From positions 704,001-768,000 of the forward strand of contig CAVYQE010000011.1 of assembly GCA_963770565.1 (NCBI GenBank): a stretch of 64,000 bases of DNA. The letters run 5' to 3'. Shown here piece after piece: positions 59,333 through 64,000 of this stretch. The translations under genes and the position numbers were made by a program. Under the pieces are notes generated by a model that saw only the letters and a program-made list of their open reading frames with translations, ran no database searches and was not told the DNA's origin. Every line of letters begins with the position of its first letter. Positions within the stretch are counted from its first letter, which is position 1. This stretch comes from an uncultured Actinomycetota bacterium (GTDB taxonomy: Bacteria; Actinomycetota; Actinomycetes; JAFAQI01).

Positions 59333-61159
59333 CTAGCGACTCCAGATCGCGAACGCGTTGCTCAGGTCCGCGAGGCGGGGCTCAAGCTCGGGGCAGTGCC
59401 GGACCAACATCGTGCGCATGGTGTTGTTCTCGATCCACTTCATGCCCTCTGCCGTGTAGACCTCGTCGGTGAAGTGGGTCGTGAAGAAACGGTCACTGTT
59501 CAGGCGGCGCGACGCCATCAGGATGAAGATCCGAAACGCCGAGTCGCTGAACGCGAAGCCTTCCGGTCGGTCCTCGGCGTACATGCCTGTGACGACATCG
59601 AGGCTGTCGATGTCGCCGCCGTACACGTCGGCGAGCTCGGCCGCCCAGACCTTGTTGCTGGTGACGTCGTCGAACGTCTTCGGGACCGGCAGGTGCAGAA
59701 GGCGCCGGAACTCGGCGTATCGCGGCACGCCCAACTCGCGGCAGCGCAGGATGTCCGTGGCGGCGAGGTCCATCAGTGCGCCCGTGTCGGGGCGCTTGAA
59801 CGTCTGCAGGTTCTTCGGGAAGTTGTGCAAGGTCACCACGCCCGGATTCATCGTGCCGAACGTGTAGATCAGGTCGACGAGGCGGTTGGCGCGCAGCAGT
59901 TCCCCGCCGGCCGGCCCGGTCAACTCGTGGAACTCCATCGCGCCCAATGTGGGCCGGTCGTCCGTCGCCGATCGGAAGTCGAAGTGATCCGGGATCAGCG
60001 GGTGCATCCGGTACACCGCGACGAACTCCTCAGTCAGCGCGAACGGCACGCCGTAGTCCGCGGTGTCGCCGCCGGGAATGCCGGAGATGACTTCGCTCTT
60101 GCTGAGCCGTCCGAACGCGTTGTGCAGCCGCTCGCCCTCGAGGCCCCACCAGTTGGCGCGCAGCCCGGTCACCGCGGTCGGATGGGCGGTGACCGCGGGA
60201 GTCCACTCGACAGTGTGGATCTTCGCGATCAGGGCGGCTGTGATCAGCCGGGCCCGCTGGAACAAGGTTTCGTCGTCGAAGTCCGGGTGGGCGGCCGCGA
60301 GGGCGTCGCAGATGCTGTTGTGCTCCATCGCGAACACGGTGACGAGCATGCCGAGGCCGAGCCAGAATCCCGGCAACAGCGTCGGGTTCGCGGCCGGATC
60401 GTCCGGAATCGGCGGCCGCCCGTCGACGAGTCGCAGCTTGCCGCCTTCGTGACTGCGCAGGAACGCCTGGTCGGCCGCGTTGCTGCCGTAGATCTGCGAG
60501 CCGTCCCACCAGTGCGTCAACACGTTGACGTGGGTCGGCGGCAGGCCGTCCGGGCTCCCGGTCGGGTCGTCCGGGGTGCGCATGACCTTGACCGGCGGTT
60601 CCGGCCAGTCATCGCCCTCGACGGCGGGGAGCACCCATGGGTTGTCCGTCGGGCTGGTGCCATGCCGGAACCAGTCGTGGATCATGAACTGCAGCCACGC
60701 AGCGATGAGGGCGTTGCCGGCTGAGGCGGGAATGAGCTCGTCGCGCGTCATCAACCGGCGGCTGACCTCACGCGGGTTCGGCTCGAGGATTCGATCCCGA
60801 TCGGGCCAGGTGTCCTCGATCGGGACGTTGCGCCCGAACCGCGTGCCAGCCATTCCCATCTCGGGGTGCTCGAGGTCGTTCCAGCTGCCGTCGGGAGTGC
60901 GCTCGGTGACGAACTTCTGTTCGTAAGGCGGCGGTTGCGCCGGATGCGTGGCCGGCATCCGTGACGTGTCGTACAGGTTGTCCTGCCGCAGGGTGTTGCG
61001 GATCCCGATCAGCTCGATCAGGCCAAGGGGCTCGGGCAGCTTGTACCAGGGAACCTTCTGGTCGACGTCTTCCACGACCTTGTCGAAGACCCGCTCGACG
61101 AGGCCGGGGTGGGGGCGCTCATCAGATGTGCTCTTTGGTGGGGGCTCGGTATCCGTCAT
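59333..61159 (-). CDS. Heme peroxidase-cyclooxygenase superfamily, fatty acid alpha-dioxygenase-like
   Basis: GMAGTRFGRN, AAWLQFMIHDW, THWWDGSQIYGS, AKIHTVEWT, LTEEFVAVYRMHPLIPD, RELGVPRY.EFRR, MASRRL.SDRFFT. Confidence 0.9.
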   Translation of the reverse strand: MTDTEPPPKSTSDERPHPGLVERVFDKVVEDVDQKVPWYKLPEPLGLIELIGIRNTLRQDNLYDTSRMPATHPAQPPPYEQKFVTERTPDGSWNDLEHPEMGMAGTRFGRNVPIEDTWPDRDRILEPNPREVSRRLMTRDELIPASAGNALIAAWLQFMIHDWFRHGTSPTDNPWVLPAVEGDDWPEPPVKVMRTPDDPTGSPDGLPPTHVNVLTHWWDGSQIYGSNAADQAFLRSHEGGKLRLVDGRPPIPDDPAANPTLLPGFWLGLGMLVTVFAMEHNSICDALAAAHPDFDDETLFQRARLITAALIAKIHTVEWTPAVTAHPTAVTGLRANWWGLEGERLHNAFGRLSKSEVISGIPGGDTADYGVPFALTEEFVAVYRMHPLIPDHFDFRSATDDRPTLGAMEFHELTGPAGGELLRANRLVDLIYTFGTMNPGVVTLHNFPKNLQTFKRPDTGALMDLAATDILRCRELGVPRYAEFRRLLHLPVPKTFDDVTSNKVWAAELADVYGGDIDSLDVVTGMYAEDRPEGFAFSDSAFRIFILMASRRLNSDRFFTTHFTDEVYTAEGMKWIENNTMRTMLVRHCPELEPRLADLSNAFAIWSR

Positions 61160-61323
61160 CTCAGTTCCTCCCACGCAGACGCCTGACCCGATGCTGCTCT
61201 CTGCGCCAGCCTGGGTAGTGGAGGAGAGAAAAGTCAATCGCCCATTCGTCTGAGTGGCATCGACCGGCCGCAGCCGTAGGGTGCATTCGCGTACCCGCTT
61301 TATCCGTCAGCAGGAGCGGCCGA

Positions 61324-62817
61324 GTGATGACAAGAATCCGGTTCTGGCTGTATCGCAACATCCTCGCGCTGTTCACGCTGCTGGCGTTCCGTCGGCAGAA
61401 GGTCTACCCCCTCGAGGCGCCGGTGGACGGCGAGGTGCAGTTCCGTCCGTACGCCGAACTCCATCCGGACATGCCGATCATAGGGTTGTATCTGCCGACC
61501 ACGTTCCCGCCGTCGGACCGTGCCGCTCAACGGCTCCGGAGGGTTCGCCTGGAGCACTGGCTGATTGCGATCCTCAGAGTCATCGCGCCCGCACGCACGC
61601 CGCCCGTGCCGACCGACCAGGCCCATTTCCTGCGCGCGCTCTATCCGTGGTTGTTCCGCAAGGCGTGGCCCGCACCGCCGACCCTGCCCGCCGCGCTGGC
61701 AGTCAGCGACGACGTCATTGCCGAGCTTGCGACCCGCGGTCCGTTCGCGAGCGGGCTTCGCCGGGTCGCCGACGATCGATATGAGTTGGGCTCTCAATGG
61801 ATCAGTGGCTATCCAGTCGCACCCGGACTCGGCAAACCCGGGGGAGTGGCCACCCTGCTCGCCCGCGACGGCCGGCTGGTGACGGAGTCCGTGCGGTCCG
61901 ACGGGATGGATGGCGCGCAGGCCCAAGCGGCGCTGATCGCCGGCCTCAACGAGGAGCTGACGATCTTCCGGCACAACGTCGACGTGCACCTGACGATGCT
62001 CACGCCGTTCGCGTTGGCGACCAACAACACGCTCAACGCCCGACACCCGGTACGCCGGCTGCTGCACCACTGCTTCGACACTGTGCTCATCGGCAATATC
62101 GAGCTGGCCGCTGCCCAGCTGTCAGGGCCACGTGGCTTTCTCGCGAACATCTTCTCCCACCAGGCTGACGTACTGCTGCGGATGGTCGAAGACCACCTCG
62201 ATCGCTTCGACATCTGGGACTACGAGCCACCCACCCAGTTCTCGCGCCGTGGTACGACGTCGACACCGTTCGACTATCCGTACCGGGACAACGTGATGGC
62301 CTTCTGGGCCGTGACGCATGACTACGTCGAGCGCTACCTCGCGGTCTACTACGAGGGCGATGCGGCGGTTGCCGCCGATGCGAAGCTGACGGGCTGGGTC
62401 GCCGAGCTGAATCGCCTGATGTCCAATGGCGTCGGTGACGATCTCACCCGGGACTGGTTGGCGAGGCTGTGCGCGACGCTGATCCACATCTCGACGGTGG
62501 AGCACGACATCCTCAACAACGTCGTGTGGGACTACACAACGCTCGGTTGGGTCACGCCGACAGTTGCGCCGTTGTCCGGTGCGCCGATGGACCGGCGTCG
62601 CTCGTTCGACCTCCTTGCGACCCTGATCGGGACCTGGAAGCCCTACAACATGCTGCTCAGCTGCGACGTCCCGAAGCTGGCGTTGGATCCGCAGGCTGCT
62701 GAAATCATGGTGGACTGGATCGCTGCCCTCTCACGGTTGCAGGACGATTTGAGTCTCCGGCCGCACGATCCAGCTCTGTCCTACCCGGCGGCCCTCAACC
62801 CCAGCATTTCCAACTGA
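61324..62817 (+). CDS. Compact lipoxygenase family protein
   Basis: HNVDVH (HxxxxH), HPVRRLL.H, RRG....DYPYRD, EHDILN, C-terminus NPSISN. Confidence 0.82.
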   Translation: MMTRIRFWLYRNILALFTLLAFRRQKVYPLEAPVDGEVQFRPYAELHPDMPIIGLYLPTTFPPSDRAAQRLRRVRLEHWLIAILRVIAPARTPPVPTDQAHFLRALYPWLFRKAWPAPPTLPAALAVSDDVIAELATRGPFASGLRRVADDRYELGSQWISGYPVAPGLGKPGGVATLLARDGRLVTESVRSDGMDGAQAQAALIAGLNEELTIFRHNVDVHLTMLTPFALATNNTLNARHPVRRLLHHCFDTVLIGNIELAAAQLSGPRGFLANIFSHQADVLLRMVEDHLDRFDIWDYEPPTQFSRRGTTSTPFDYPYRDNVMAFWAVTHDYVERYLAVYYEGDAAVAADAKLTGWVAELNRLMSNGVGDDLTRDWLARLCATLIHISTVEHDILNNVVWDYTTLGWVTPTVAPLSGAPMDRRRSFDLLATLIGTWKPYNMLLSCDVPKLALDPQAAEIMVDWIAALSRLQDDLSLRPHDPALSYPAALNPSISN

Positions 62818-62901
62818 TCGCGGGTCCCGTGACCTCCCCTGATCGGGTCGAACGCTACGGCCGGACGCACACGGAGAGCCAACGAAGGCGCGATGGCCGT
62901 C

Positions 62902-63372
62902 CTACTGGGTGTCCGGTCTGGCGCCTGCCCGCTCGGTGCTGTCGACGACCGGGCGGGCGGAGGTCGCGGTGGACATCGGGCCGGGCTCTGCCAGCGCGCC
63001 CCAGCCGTTCGGAGCGAACTTCCGCTTGACCACGGAGAACGCCGCTGCTCCACCGGCCACGGCAAGGATGAGCAGTGGCCAGCGCCGCTTGGATTGTCGT
63101 CTGCGGCCGAGTGCCTTGGCCGGCTCGCTGGAGCGCACTGTCTTCATGACATCCGTCACGGCATCGCTGCCCCGTATCGCATCCACCGCGTCGCCGACGC
63201 GGCTCGCCGCCTCGGCGTACATCGGGCCGGAGGCCTCATGGGCGCTTTCGACCTCGGCCATGACGGCAGGCGCGATCTCGTCGCGCACGACGCTGACAGT
63301 CGCTTCTCGGACGGCACCAACCGCTTGGACCAGTCGATCCTTCGCCGCGTCCCGCTCGCGTGTCCTGGTCAT
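62902..63372 (-). CDS. Hypothetical membrane-anchored protein
   Basis: Helical Ala-rich N-terminus, then RRRQSKRR followed by a TM helix. Confidence 0.6.
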   Translation of the reverse strand: MTRTRERDAAKDRLVQAVGAVREATVSVVRDEIAPAVMAEVESAHEASGPMYAEAASRVGDAVDAIRGSDAVTDVMKTVRSSEPAKALGRRRQSKRRWPLLILAVAGGAAAFSVVKRKFAPNGWGALAEPGPMSTATSARPVVDSTERAGARPDTQ

Positions 63373-63543
63373 GTCCGCGCTCCGATCTGATCGCCTGCGG
63401 TGTGTTACTAACAGCGTTCCCAGCGACCGGTCCCTCAACCGCCCGCCTTAACATCCACGAGGACCGGAGCCACTTCCCGTACGCTGGCGTGGAGTCGTCG
63501 GAACTGCCGCGCCACGGGGTGATCGGATTGTCGGAGCACTGGT

Positions 63544-64000
63544 GTGGCAGGTAACCAGGCCGACCTCATCGGGCGCGCGACGGAGTGTTCGTCAATCCTC
63601 GCGGCGCTGGGCGTCGACGGTGCCAGCTTCGCCGCCGTCGTACTGACCGGCGAGGCCGGTATTGGCAAGACAGCGATCTGGGAGTCGATTGTCTCTGGCC
63701 GCCGCTTGGCGGGCGAACACGTGCTGGTCAGCCGTGCCACGGCGGCTGAGGCACGGCTGCCGTGGGTGGGGTTGGCCGACCTGCTGCATTCGATTCCGCT
63801 GTCGGTCCAGGACTGCCTTCCTGACGTGCAGCAGCGGGCCCTGAGAGCGGTGTCGTTGCAGCAGGGTGGCGCGGACGTGCTCGACGAGCGCACGGTTGGC
63901 ACTGCGATCGTGTCAGCGCTGCGGATGATGACCGAGTCTGCTCCCGTGCTGATTGCCGTCGATGACCTGCCATACCTCGATGTGGCCAGCGCCTTCGTCC
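63544..64000 (+). CDS. LAL/LuxR-family AAA ATPase transcriptional regulator (runs off window end)
   Basis: Manual translation: LIGRATE...VLTGEAGIGKT (Walker A)...EARLPWVGLADLL...PVLIAVDDLPYLD (Walker B). Confidence 0.85.
   Translation, partial: MAGNQADLIGRATECSSILAALGVDGASFAAVVLTGEAGIGKTAIWESIVSGRRLAGEHVLVSRATAAEARLPWVGLADLLHSIPLSVQDCLPDVQQRALRAVSLQQGGADVLDERTVGTAIVSALRMMTESAPVLIAVDDLPYLDVASAFV

Noticed and set aside
62822-62835. GGGTCCCGTGACCT DosR-like sequence
   Set aside because: It lies between convergent gene ends, not upstream of any start.

Overview
High-GC actinobacterial chromosomal window with about 60 CDS and many apparently leaderless genes. I found no rRNA, tRNA, CRISPR array or intact mobile element. 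Recognisable modules are: a ureohydrolase/permease/amidase operon; an ECF sigma/anti-sigma pair; a VOC/flavin-disulfide reductase/SnoaL/redoxin cluster; a leader-peptide-preceded cysteine dioxygenase/rhodanese pair; a GT4/GH130/GH15 sugar cluster; two c-di-GMP enzymes; a group 3b [NiFe]-hydrogenase operon with extra genes; and many secreted proteins. The most striking observations are: (1) a divergent pair made of a plant-type alpha-dioxygenase-like heme enzyme and a compact lipoxygenase, a candidate actinobacterial oxylipin system; (2) three DosR/DevR-like boxes, each about 43 bp upstream of a leaderless ATG (hydrogenase operon, a membrane GGDEF-EAL protein, a small helical protein); (3) a HypC-like domain inside the DUF6390 protein of the hydrogenase operon; (4) a catalytically degenerate NucA/NucB nuclease domain fused to an SGNH esterase. 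All family assignments come from motif recognition by eye; no database searches were run.
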